Shown piece after piece: positions 29,192 through 37,265 of a stretch of 64,000 nt of DNA (positions are counted from its first letter, which is position 1; every line of letters starts with the position of its first letter). The translations under genes and the position numbers were made by a program. The DNA is from Candidatus Uhrbacteria bacterium (GTDB lineage: Bacteria > Patescibacteriota > Patescibacteriia > SG8-24), in the NCBI GenBank assembly GCA_016929435.1, contig JAFGIV010000026.1, positions 30,097 through 94,096 of the forward strand, read 5' to 3'. A model generated the notes under the pieces. That model was not told the origin of the DNA. It worked only from the letters and a program-made list of their open reading frames with translations, and did no database searches.

Positions 29192-29265
29192 ACGACACGG
29201 CACCCGGGACTTGGTCATCCCGCTTTCCGGCCCCTAAATTAAGCCTTAACCGAAAAAGACCAACC

Positions 29266-29469
29266 ACGATCGACTTCACGGCGGCAACGACTGCCCTGGG
29301 GACGGCGTTCGCCGACATCGGTACCTTCCTGTCCACGCAGGTGGTCGCCGTCATCGGACTTCTGGCGCTCGTCGGCGCACTGGTGGCCATCCTGGTCGCC
29401 GCGCTGCGGGGAACGGGCATCCGCAAGGGCGTCGGGGCGATCGGCGGGAGCGGTTCCCGCCGGCGCTGA
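29266..29469 (+). CDS. Major coat protein (pVIII-like), 67 aa, ACG at the expected start
   Basis: (T/M)IDFTAATTALGTAFADIGTFLSTQVVAVIGLLALVGALVAILVAALRGTGIRKGVGAIGGSGSRRR: acidic amphipathic N-terminus, TM, basic C-terminus. Confidence 0.7.
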   Translation, partial: TIDFTAATTALGTAFADIGTFLSTQVVAVIGLLALVGALVAILVAALRGTGIRKGVGAIGGSGSRRR

Positions 29470-29553
29470 GACCCAACCATGCTCGCCGGCATGGGGCAAG
29501 GGGGAGGGAGGCGGACCCGCACGGGCCACGCCCCGGCGACTCTCCCCTGCCCT

Positions 29554-31269
29554 ATGCCGGAATACCAGAGAAGAAAATACGAATCGCTTCTGTCCCTGCT
29601 GACCGCCACCTGTGTGGTCACGGTTTTGGCGTTGGGGATCTGGTTCCGGGCCACGGCGGCGAGTGCGGAGGTCAGGATCGGTTTCGATTCCCCTACCTCC
29701 TACAAACCGGACTATACCTCGTCAACTAATTACGTCATCTGGCGGGATCTTCCGGGTGATATCGGTACTTACGTGTTTGCCGATTCCTATCAGTTGGTTC
29801 CTTCGTCAAGCGTGGATATTTGGATAAAAAACACGTACGGATCCAGCCTCTCCTTTTGGCTTTACATCGGCGCAAATGGCCATTTGGTGGAACCTTACGC
29901 TGTTTATTCCTGTACCGCTCCGCCCTCTTCCGGAGAGAGGATTACTTGTCCGTATTCTACCCGCTACGGGGAAAATTTTTCCCTGAATGATATAGGGACG
30001 ATCTGGAGCAACATGACGTCTTCGGAATTGCGATCCAATATCTATTGGGGAGCCCAAAATTCGCCTTTTTCGTATAATTCCTTCAATTGGTCGGTTTCCG
30101 GTTGGGACTACGATACGACCGGCAGTGAGGGTTTTCCTTCCATATCGTTTTTCGGCCTTTCCGGTTGCGGCGATGGTTTCCTTGAGGACGGCGAGGAGTG
30201 CGACGACGGCGGAACCGCCAACGGCGACGGCTGCTCGTCCTCCTGCGCCGTGGAGGATGGCTGGTGGTGCGAGGGCGAGCCGTCCGAGTGCGGCTACTGC
30301 GGCGACGACTCGTGCGGCGGCGGGGAGGACTGCCTATCCTGTCCGACCGACTGCGCGCTGACGGCGACCGTGGTGAAACCGGAGGAATCCGCCGAATACG
30401 CGCCGGGAACCGTCCCCTATCGGGTGGCGTCGAACATCTGTGCGAGCGAACATCCGGACGAGACGCCTTACATGTGGCTTTGGGCGGAATGGTGGGACGG
30501 GGACTCTTGGGAGGACGGTGGATCGAGGCTCTACGAATGGGACGGCTTCCTGACGGCCGGAAGCTACGGGAACTGCGGGGAAGGCCTGACATACGGATGG
30601 GGATCGCTGCCGGTCGACCCGATGGCCGAGTGGATTCAGGCGGACGGAGACTGGCGAATGACGGCGCAGGTCGTCTCGGGGGAGATCGAGGGGGAATGGT
30701 CGCCGGCGGTCGAATTTTCGGTCTCGACCGGGATGGGGAACCCCGGCGATCCGGGATGGTTCGGCGACTCCACGACGGTATCTTGGGGCGAGTTCCCCGG
30801 ATCGGACGGGGACGACGAGGGGACATGGCAGGCGTTCGTGGACGCCGCCGAGGAGGGAAAGCCGACCTGTTCGTTCAACTTATTCTCGGGGGACGACGGG
30901 GACGGCCTATCGTGCGTCTGGTCGTGGATCCGATACGGCATAATACCGCCTGAGGACGCCCCCCGGAACATCATAGCTTCGGTATGGGTCAAGGTCAGGA
31001 CGAGGTGGCCCCTGGCGTACATCCCGCAGGTCGCTTCGTCCATATACGGGGGCATGACCGCCTCCGGGGGAATCTGCCCGTTGCCGGATATCGAGGGCGT
31101 GGAAGTGGCCGGGATGACGGTTCCGGGGATTGACCTATGCGCGATCTCGGAGGAGGCGGCGGGATGGATGGACACCGACGATTGGCTCTCGAACTGGATA
31201 GCGATAGCGATCTGGGCGATGACCGGATATCTCTGGTATCGGGCGGCGCGGCATTTCTGCGGCGCTTAA
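29554..31269 (+). CDS. pIII-like attachment protein with Myxococcus-type Cys-rich repeats
   Basis: Signal/TM N-terminus, CGDGFLEDGEECDDG..NGDGCSSSC repeat, C-terminal CPLP..IDLC followed by a TM anchor. Confidence 0.72.
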   Translation: MPEYQRRKYESLLSLLTATCVVTVLALGIWFRATAASAEVRIGFDSPTSYKPDYTSSTNYVIWRDLPGDIGTYVFADSYQLVPSSSVDIWIKNTYGSSLSFWLYIGANGHLVEPYAVYSCTAPPSSGERITCPYSTRYGENFSLNDIGTIWSNMTSSELRSNIYWGAQNSPFSYNSFNWSVSGWDYDTTGSEGFPSISFFGLSGCGDGFLEDGEECDDGGTANGDGCSSSCAVEDGWWCEGEPSECGYCGDDSCGGGEDCLSCPTDCALTATVVKPEESAEYAPGTVPYRVASNICASEHPDETPYMWLWAEWWDGDSWEDGGSRLYEWDGFLTAGSYGNCGEGLTYGWGSLPVDPMAEWIQADGDWRMTAQVVSGEIEGEWSPAVEFSVSTGMGNPGDPGWFGDSTTVSWGEFPGSDGDDEGTWQAFVDAAEEGKPTCSFNLFSGDDGDGLSCVWSWIRYGIIPPEDAPRNIIASVWVKVRTRWPLAYIPQVASSIYGGMTASGGICPLPDIEGVEVAGMTVPGIDLCAISEEAAGWMDTDDWLSNWIAIAIWAMTGYLWYRAARHFCGA

Positions 31270-31281
31270 CGGCTAAAAAAT

Positions 31282-31500
31282 ATGACATTCAACGAAGTGG
31301 ACATCTCGGGGATCTGGACGGTCTGGAGGGGATTCGTCCCCCTCATGATCCGGATTACGGCGGTGATCGCCATCGTACAGGTCGGACGGTGGGGTTTGGG
31401 CGTGCTCCTCGAATACCTGTTCCCGTCCCATGCGGGGCAAGGCGACCAGGAGGCCGGATTGAACGACCTGGAGACGGGCCGAAACCTGAGGCGCTTCTGA
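31282..31500 (+). CDS. Prophage small membrane protein, 72 aa
   Basis: Central hydrophobic segment; follows the pIII-like gene. Confidence 0.6.
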   Translation: MTFNEVDISGIWTVWRGFVPLMIRITAVIAIVQVGRWGLGVLLEYLFPSHAGQGDQEAGLNDLETGRNLRRF

Positions 31501-31504
31501 CCGT

Positions 31505-31636
31505 ATGAGCTTCTCCTTAATATCGGGACTGGCGGCGATATTCGCCGCGGGGACGGCGTTGGGCTTGCTGGCGGGAGGGCTGATTTCGGTGCTGTTCGGG
31601 CCGAGGAGGCGGCCGGCGAGGAAGAACCGCTGGTAA
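31505..31636 (+). CDS. Prophage small TM protein with a basic tail, 43 aa
   Basis: MSFSLISGLAAIFAAGTALGLLAGGLISVLFGPRRRPARKNRW; read manually. Confidence 0.6.
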   Translation: MSFSLISGLAAIFAAGTALGLLAGGLISVLFGPRRRPARKNRW

Positions 31637-31646
31637 CCGCAAAAAT

Positions 31647-32624
31647 ATGGACACGATACGGGAAAACGGGGCCCCACAAGGGCCCATGACGGAGACCGGG
31701 ACGGCGGAACCCAAGGAACCGCCGAAGACGGTGCGGGGAAGGGGCGGAAAGATAGGTCGGGGGCTGCTCAACTGGCTGACCGGGAACCGTCCCCTATTCG
31801 GCGACACTCTCCTGATCGGCAAGCGGGGATCCGGCAAGTCCTATCTTGCGATACGCCTCGCTTTGGAGGACGACGCCGACGGGATAGCCGGGAATGTCCC
31901 GCTGGACATGGATAGGGCGAACGCCGTTCTGGCGGAACGGTACGGGGAACCGGCCAAGAGGCTGAAGCTGATCGAACACCCGAGGGACTTCTTTGGGCAC
32001 ACTTGCGATTACCGGCTGCTCGACGAGGCCCAGAAGTACTTCCCCGCCCGAGGATACAAGGACGCCGACCAGAAGGCGCTGCAGGCGGTGGCGGAGGAAA
32101 GGAAGGACGACGCGTGGACCTGCTACACGGTACAGGCGCTTCGGAACCTGGATGTGCTGGTGTCGAGCTTCGCCGATCAGGTGTGCCGGGTCGAGATGAG
32201 GAAGGCGCCGCTCATCGGCCACCTGTGGCCCTGGTGCGTCCGACCGACCATCATATGCCGACACTGCGGAAAGGCAAGGAGGGACGGGAGGGGCGATCAG
32301 ACGAACTGGTGGGAAAGGCTGTTGGGGATGGGATCGTACGTGACATGGTCCGTGGTGGATCCGGACATGGTCACGAAACAGAGGACGCTGGAGGGATCGG
32401 CCCAGCCGGAGGAGGATCCGACCGTAAGGGCGAGGGGACGATGCCTTTTCGACATCGACATAGCGAACTGCTACGACTCCGGACAGAAAGTGGGGGAACC
32501 GCCGGAAAACGCAAAACCGGGACGGTGTTCGTGCAGAAGGAAAAAAGAGAAAACGGCCGGCGCCGCCCCGCCCAAGGCGGAGGCGGCGGCGCCGGCGGAC
32601 AGGCAACCCAAAATACCTCTCTGA
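31647..32624 (+). CDS. Zot/pI-like morphogenesis ATPase
   Basis: IGKRGSGKSY (Walker A), IAGN.P, LLDEAQKYFPAR (Walker B), RK, and TVQ..RNLD motifs. Confidence 0.85.
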   Translation: MDTIRENGAPQGPMTETGTAEPKEPPKTVRGRGGKIGRGLLNWLTGNRPLFGDTLLIGKRGSGKSYLAIRLALEDDADGIAGNVPLDMDRANAVLAERYGEPAKRLKLIEHPRDFFGHTCDYRLLDEAQKYFPARGYKDADQKALQAVAEERKDDAWTCYTVQALRNLDVLVSSFADQVCRVEMRKAPLIGHLWPWCVRPTIICRHCGKARRDGRGDQTNWWERLLGMGSYVTWSVVDPDMVTKQRTLEGSAQPEEDPTVRARGRCLFDIDIANCYDSGQKVGEPPENAKPGRCSCRRKKEKTAGAAPPKAEAAAPADRQPKIPL

Positions 32625-32625
32625 T

Positions 32626-32775
32626 ATGGCGGACGAACGCAGGGACGAACACCCGTTTCCCGAAATCTTCAGGGAAAGGGCCAGCTGGTGGGAAAGGATC
32701 GGCGACGCCGAACGGTCGGCGATCATCAGGGAAGCGATGATGGCGATCTTGCTGGCGATAGCGATATTCACATGA
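32626..32775 (+). CDS. Prophage small protein with a C-terminal hydrophobic tail, 49 aa
   Basis: MADERRDEHPF...AMMAILLAIAIFT; starts 1 nt after the pI stop. Confidence 0.55.
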   Translation: MADERRDEHPFPEIFRERASWWERIGDAERSAIIREAMMAILLAIAIFT

Positions 32776-32910
32776 CGCATAACGGCGCACGGGGGCCGGG
32801 CCGGCCGAAACTTCCGCTTAATCACTAGATATTGACAAAAAAAATATGAAAGACAGCGAATTGAACAACATGTTCTGGGCGTTCCTCTAAGGAACTAAAG
32901 TAATAAAAAT

Positions 32911-33051
32911 ATGATGCAATGGGCGCCTAAACTTACGGAATTTACCCATGTGGATCCATTTGCGATTTTGATTTGTGTATTGAGTTTTATCGTGTCTTTC
33001 CTGATTTTGTCCCTCATTGACTATCTCGATCGTCTCGAAAATCAAATGTAG
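32911..33051 (+). CDS. Small TM protein, paralogue of 28441-28569, 46 aa
   Basis: MMQWAPKLTEFTHVDPFAILICVLSFIVSFLILSLIDYLDRLENQM; read manually. Confidence 0.6.
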   Translation: MMQWAPKLTEFTHVDPFAILICVLSFIVSFLILSLIDYLDRLENQM

Positions 33052-33394
33052 CCATTGGCTTCATTGAAGATTAAAGAAAATATGTCAAGACGAAAAGTGA
33101 ACCCAACATTAGCCACCGACCCGGACGCCTAACCATTTTCGGCACCTCACGAAAATGGTTACCGCTCTGGCCTGTGCGGCCAGCCCGTGGGATACGGAGC
33201 GGGGGAAATCACCCGCCCCCGCCGCCCCACGTGCGGCCCGTGTGCTGGAGGACAAGCCCAAGCGTTCCTTCACATTCACCTCCCTTTTTTCGCAGGAAAG
33301 GGCGGCGTGTCTCTTGGCGCACGCCGCTTTTTTTGTCGTTTTCGCCGTTTTTCCCCATCGTTTAGCGAAATATATATTTGAAAACTATTTCAAT

Positions 33395-33425
33395 TTGACA
33401 AGGTCGGACGTACCGGTGCTACAAT
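33395..33425 (+). promoter_or_regulatory. Sigma70-type promoter
   Basis: TTGACA-N19-TACAAT with a TG extended -10; the spacer is long. Confidence 0.45.
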
Positions 33426-33452
33426 ACCTTCAGGGTGGTGAGCGCATAGAAT

Positions 33453-33830
33453 ATGGCCAACCAGATTCCCACTTTTGGGGAAGAATTTAAAGAAACCGAA
33501 CAGGATTTATTAAATACTTGGAAAACAAAATCGACCGTCCAAAAGGATTTGCAATCAGTCTCCGTTCCTCCAAAAGGGAAAGAGATTTCGAATGATATGA
33601 TATCTGAAACGATATTTCAAGAATTGGCTTTACCGATCGTGTTCGGATTTTCTGCTCTTTTGATAATGGCTTTCGCTTTCCGCCGATTCGTGCTATGGTA
33701 TTGGAGGATAGATCGGGCGGTCGAGGCGATGGAATCCGCCGCCGAATCCCTCAGGTCCATTGCGGTCTCGATGAAACGGGCGAGAGCCAAGGACGACGTT
33801 CCCGACAGGAACGGCAAAATATGGTCATGA
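33453..33830 (+). CDS. Prophage accessory single-TM protein (alternative start 33597)
   Basis: TM followed by RRFVLWYWRID and a short coiled coil; ends just before attR. Confidence 0.55.
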   Translation: MANQIPTFGEEFKETEQDLLNTWKTKSTVQKDLQSVSVPPKGKEISNDMISETIFQELALPIVFGFSALLIMAFAFRRFVLWYWRIDRAVEAMESAAESLRSIAVSMKRARAKDDVPDRNGKIWS

Positions 33831-33836
33831 ACGCAA

Positions 33837-33865
33837 GCGTCCGTAAACGGTGTAATGTGCGACAC
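33837..33865 (+). repeat. attR-like dif-type hybrid site
   Basis: GCGTCCGTAAA-CGGTGTA-ATGTGCGACAC; core repeat at 33849-33863. Confidence 0.75.
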
Positions 33866-33961
33866 TAACCTAATCCTTCCCTACCGCCAATTGGCGCTGA
33901 CAAAAAATACCCGCAAGCACGGGTATTTTGTCCGGAAAACCACTCGATTGTGGCCAATTAC

Positions 33962-34462
33962 TCAATCGCAAAGGTCCATTTCCCCAAGCAGCCGTTCCAG
34001 GGTTTCCCTGGTCTTTTTTGACAGACGCATGTCCCTTCCCTTGTTTCGGTAAAACTGCCGCGCCCCGGATTCACGGGCTCCCGAAAGGAGGAGAGACTCC
34101 CAATCGCAGATCATCTCAATGATGGACTCCCTATCCATGTCCATTACCCGTTCTTTGTTTTTTCCGTCGGACATCACCCAATGTTCCGCATGGTGCCAAT
34201 GCCGACGTTTATGTCGGCGGGACGCTTCCCGAAAATCCCTCCTGACCGTTTCCGGACAATTGACGGATGCGGTCCATCCCCCGCATGCCCAATACCTTGA
34301 GTACGGACCGAACTCGTTCGGGAGCAGTTTTGACCAGTCGTGGGTCAGGGCACGCAGGTATAGGCCCTCCCTCCAACAGAGCTCGCCCACCAGTTTCTTG
34401 TGTCGTAAAACATACAGCAGGTACCCCAGGTACCCCAGAATCCTTTTTGCGTTTTGTTTCAT
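33962..34462 (-). CDS. DUF5662-like HD-type protein
   Basis: RHK..V, HDWSK....EF, HH.EHW and EMICDW motifs. Confidence 0.75.
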   Translation of the reverse strand: MKQNAKRILGYLGYLLYVLRHKKLVGELCWREGLYLRALTHDWSKLLPNEFGPYSRYWACGGWTASVNCPETVRRDFREASRRHKRRHWHHAEHWVMSDGKNKERVMDMDRESIIEMICDWESLLLSGARESGARQFYRNKGRDMRLSKKTRETLERLLGEMDLCD

Positions 34463-34482
34463 CTCCCCTCCTTTTTTGGTTT

Positions 34483-35775
34483 TTACAGGCTTGTCATGTA
34501 TTTCATCGGATCGACCGGTATTCCGTCAAGGCGAACCTCAAAATGCAGGTGCGGACCGGTAGTCATGCTGCCCGCCCCGGGAGTGCCGGGCTGGCCGCCG
34601 GAATACCCGATTATCTCTCCCCTCTCCACAAAGGCATCCTCCCTGGCCACGATCTTGGAGATGTGGCCGTACACGGTGGAGATGCTGTTGTTGTGTAGGA
34701 TCATGACGTAGGAATACCCCATTCCTGCGTCCTTGGCCCTGGCCACCACTCCGGCCGCCGCCGACCGTACCGGTGTCCCCTGGTAGGCCCGAATGTCAAT
34801 GCCCGGATGCTCGAAGACATACCTAAACGGGTAGTCCTTGTCGTGAAAATAGGCCGTTATTCCCCGACTGGGCGAAACCGGCCAGGACAGGACGGAACCG
34901 TCCGCCTTCACGCTTTCGGCCAGCTGAAGTTTCTGCCGCAGGGATCTCTCAAGATACTGTATCTCCTGATCCGCTTCCTGCTGTTCCCGTTTCAGGTCAG
35001 CCAGGAGATACCTGTACTGCGTCTCCGATGACCTGGTCTCGTCCAACAGCTCGGACTTCAGGTTCCGCTCGTCCTCCAACTGCAGCCTGGCCACCTCCAT
35101 CTGCCGCTTCCTCTCCTGGCTTTCCGCACGCTTTCCTTCCCGGGCCGACTTCTCCGTCTCCAGTCCCATGCGGATTTCCTGAAGCCGATGGAGCGATTCG
35201 TTCATCGCCAGCTGCAGGCGGGAAATGCTCCGCAGGGAATCGAAGAATTCGGTCAGGGACCGGTTGGCCAGCATGATCTCCATCAGGCTGCGGTTGAACC
35301 CCTGCCGATACAGCTTGCGGGCCAAGGCCCCAAGGAGTGTCCGCTCCCTTTCCAGCCGCTCCTCCTGCTCCCCGATCCGGCCGTCCAGGACCCGGATTTC
35401 CAGGTCTGCCCGCTTGATCTCGTCGCTGATGATGTCTATCTGCAGCTGCTGTTTGGCGATCCGGTTTTCTATGAGGGACACCTGATCCTTCAGGGATTGG
35501 GACTCCAGTTGCGTACTCATCAGGCTGTTCCGGTACTGTTCGATCTTGCCGTTGAGGTCCGAAAGGCTGTCCCTTTTCCTCTTGACATCGGAATTCATCC
35601 TCTGGATCTGCCCTATCAGGTCATCGCTGCCGTCCAGGTTGGAAAGGGCGCTTTTTGGCTCTTCCGCCGAAACCGGGCAAACGTTTCCGGAAAACGCCAA
35701 AAGACCGGACAGGGCCAGGATGATCCCCGTCAGGATGACGGGTGAGCGGTTTGGCTTTATGGTTGGTCTATGCAT
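34483..35775 (-). CDS. Coiled-coil + M23 peptidase (EnvC-like)
   Basis: Signal peptide, long coiled coil, HPGIDI, YGH and TGPHLHFEV motifs. Confidence 0.9.
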   Translation of the reverse strand: MHRPTIKPNRSPVILTGIILALSGLLAFSGNVCPVSAEEPKSALSNLDGSDDLIGQIQRMNSDVKRKRDSLSDLNGKIEQYRNSLMSTQLESQSLKDQVSLIENRIAKQQLQIDIISDEIKRADLEIRVLDGRIGEQEERLERERTLLGALARKLYRQGFNRSLMEIMLANRSLTEFFDSLRSISRLQLAMNESLHRLQEIRMGLETEKSAREGKRAESQERKRQMEVARLQLEDERNLKSELLDETRSSETQYRYLLADLKREQQEADQEIQYLERSLRQKLQLAESVKADGSVLSWPVSPSRGITAYFHDKDYPFRYVFEHPGIDIRAYQGTPVRSAAAGVVARAKDAGMGYSYVMILHNNSISTVYGHISKIVAREDAFVERGEIIGYSGGQPGTPGAGSMTTGPHLHFEVRLDGIPVDPMKYMTSL

Positions 35776-37265
35776 TTCTCAAGCAGATCAATGGCCCGTT
35801 TCAGCCTTTCGATCGTCTTTTCCCGGCCGATGACCCAAATTACGTCAGCCGGACCGGGTGAGGCGGCCTGGCCGGTCAGGGCTACCCGAAGCGGCCACAG
35901 GGACTCGGCATTGGTCCAACCCCACTTGGCCACGAAATCCAGGAGGGCCCTTTCCAGCCCGTCCCGGTCGGAAAGAACCTCCTTGGGCAATCCGGACAGC
36001 AGATCCCTCAATCCCACAAGCCGCTCTTTGGCGATTTCCGGAGTTGATTTTTTCCAAGGTAGGATGCCCGGATCCAGTTCGTAATCCCCGCTGAACAGGA
36101 AACCGCAGTTTTCCGTCAGGTCAGACAGACGGTTGGCTCGATCGCGCTGGACATGAACGATCCGGATCAGGTCATCCGCCCCTTCCCCGTTCCCCACCAG
36201 TCCGGCCCTGACGAAAAACGGCCTGGCCAAATCCGTCATTTCCCCATCCGTCAGCCGTTTCATGTATTCCCGATTCATCCAATCAAGTTTCTCCCGACTG
36301 AAAACCGCTCCCCCTTTGTTCACTTTCCCCAAATCAAAACCGTCAATAAGCTCGTTTTTTGAATATATTTCCTGATCAGCCCTGGGATTCCACCCCAAAA
36401 GCGCAATGAAGTTGGTGAGGGCCTCGGGCAGGTATCCCTGATTGCGGTAATCCTCCACTGCCACGTCCCCCTGGCGCTTGGACAGCTTGGACCTATCCGG
36501 ATTGAGCAGGAGCGGCAGGTGGGCGAAAACCGGCGGTTCCCAACCGAAGGCCCGGTAAAGCAGGATATGCTTCGGCGTGGACGGCAACCATTCTTCCCCC
36601 CGAATGACATGGGTAATGCCCATCAGGTGATCGTCCACGACGTTGGCCAAATGGTAGGTCGGAAAGCCGTCGGTCTTAAGCAGAATCTGATCATCCATGA
36701 GATCGGTCCTAAAACCTATCTTTCCCCTGATGGCGTCGTTAAATTCCACCAACCCGGATGTCGGGACTTTCAGGCGAACGACAAACGGATGCCCCCCGTC
36801 TGACAGGCGTTTTGACTCCTCCGGAGAAAGCCATTCCAGGCATTGACGGTCATACGTCACCGGCCGCCCGGCGGCCTGTTGGGCCATCCGCATCCCCTCC
36901 AGCCGTTCGGGGGAACAGAAACAGCGATAGGCCTGACCGGACTCCATCAGCAATTCGGCGTATTGACGGTATATCTCCAGCCTTTTTGACTGAAAATACG
37001 GCCCAAAATCCCCCCTTTCCTGAACTTGACCGCTTTCGTCCAGATACGTCCCCTCATCAAACTCGATCCCCGCCCAGTTGAGGGATCGGATGAAGTTTTC
37101 CGTCGCGCCGTCAACAAACCGGGTCTGGTCAGTGTCCTCGACGCGCAAAACCAACGTTCCGCCCGAATGCCGGACAAAAAGCTCGTTATACAGGGCAGTG
37201 CGCAACCCGCCGATATGGAGATAACCGGTCGGCGATGGGGCAAATCGAACTCTGATCATAGTCAT
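35757..37265 (-). CDS. gltX: Glutamate--tRNA ligase
   Basis: RFAPSPTGYLHIGG and KLSKR motifs. Confidence 0.98.
   Translation of the reverse strand: MTMIRVRFAPSPTGYLHIGGLRTALYNELFVRHSGGTLVLRVEDTDQTRFVDGATENFIRSLNWAGIEFDEGTYLDESGQVQERGDFGPYFQSKRLEIYRQYAELLMESGQAYRCFCSPERLEGMRMAQQAAGRPVTYDRQCLEWLSPEESKRLSDGGHPFVVRLKVPTSGLVEFNDAIRGKIGFRTDLMDDQILLKTDGFPTYHLANVVDDHLMGITHVIRGEEWLPSTPKHILLYRAFGWEPPVFAHLPLLLNPDRSKLSKRQGDVAVEDYRNQGYLPEALTNFIALLGWNPRADQEIYSKNELIDGFDLGKVNKGGAVFSREKLDWMNREYMKRLTDGEMTDLARPFFVRAGLVGNGEGADDLIRIVHVQRDRANRLSDLTENCGFLFSGDYELDPGILPWKKSTPEIAKERLVGLRDLLSGLPKEVLSDRDGLERALLDFVAKWGWTNAESLWPLRVALTGQAASPGPADVIWVIGREKTIERLKRAIDLLEKCIDQP

Larger units (their letters stand above)
27666..33863 (+). 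mobile_element. Filamentous (inovirus-like) prophage, ~6.2 kb
   Basis: Co-oriented small TM genes, a coat-like ORF, a pIII-like protein and a Zot/pI ATPase, bounded by a 15-bp direct repeat. Confidence 0.85.

Noticed and set aside
31647-32624. Zonula occludens toxin as a virulence factor
   Set aside because: Only the ATPase core is present, and the context indicates phage morphogenesis
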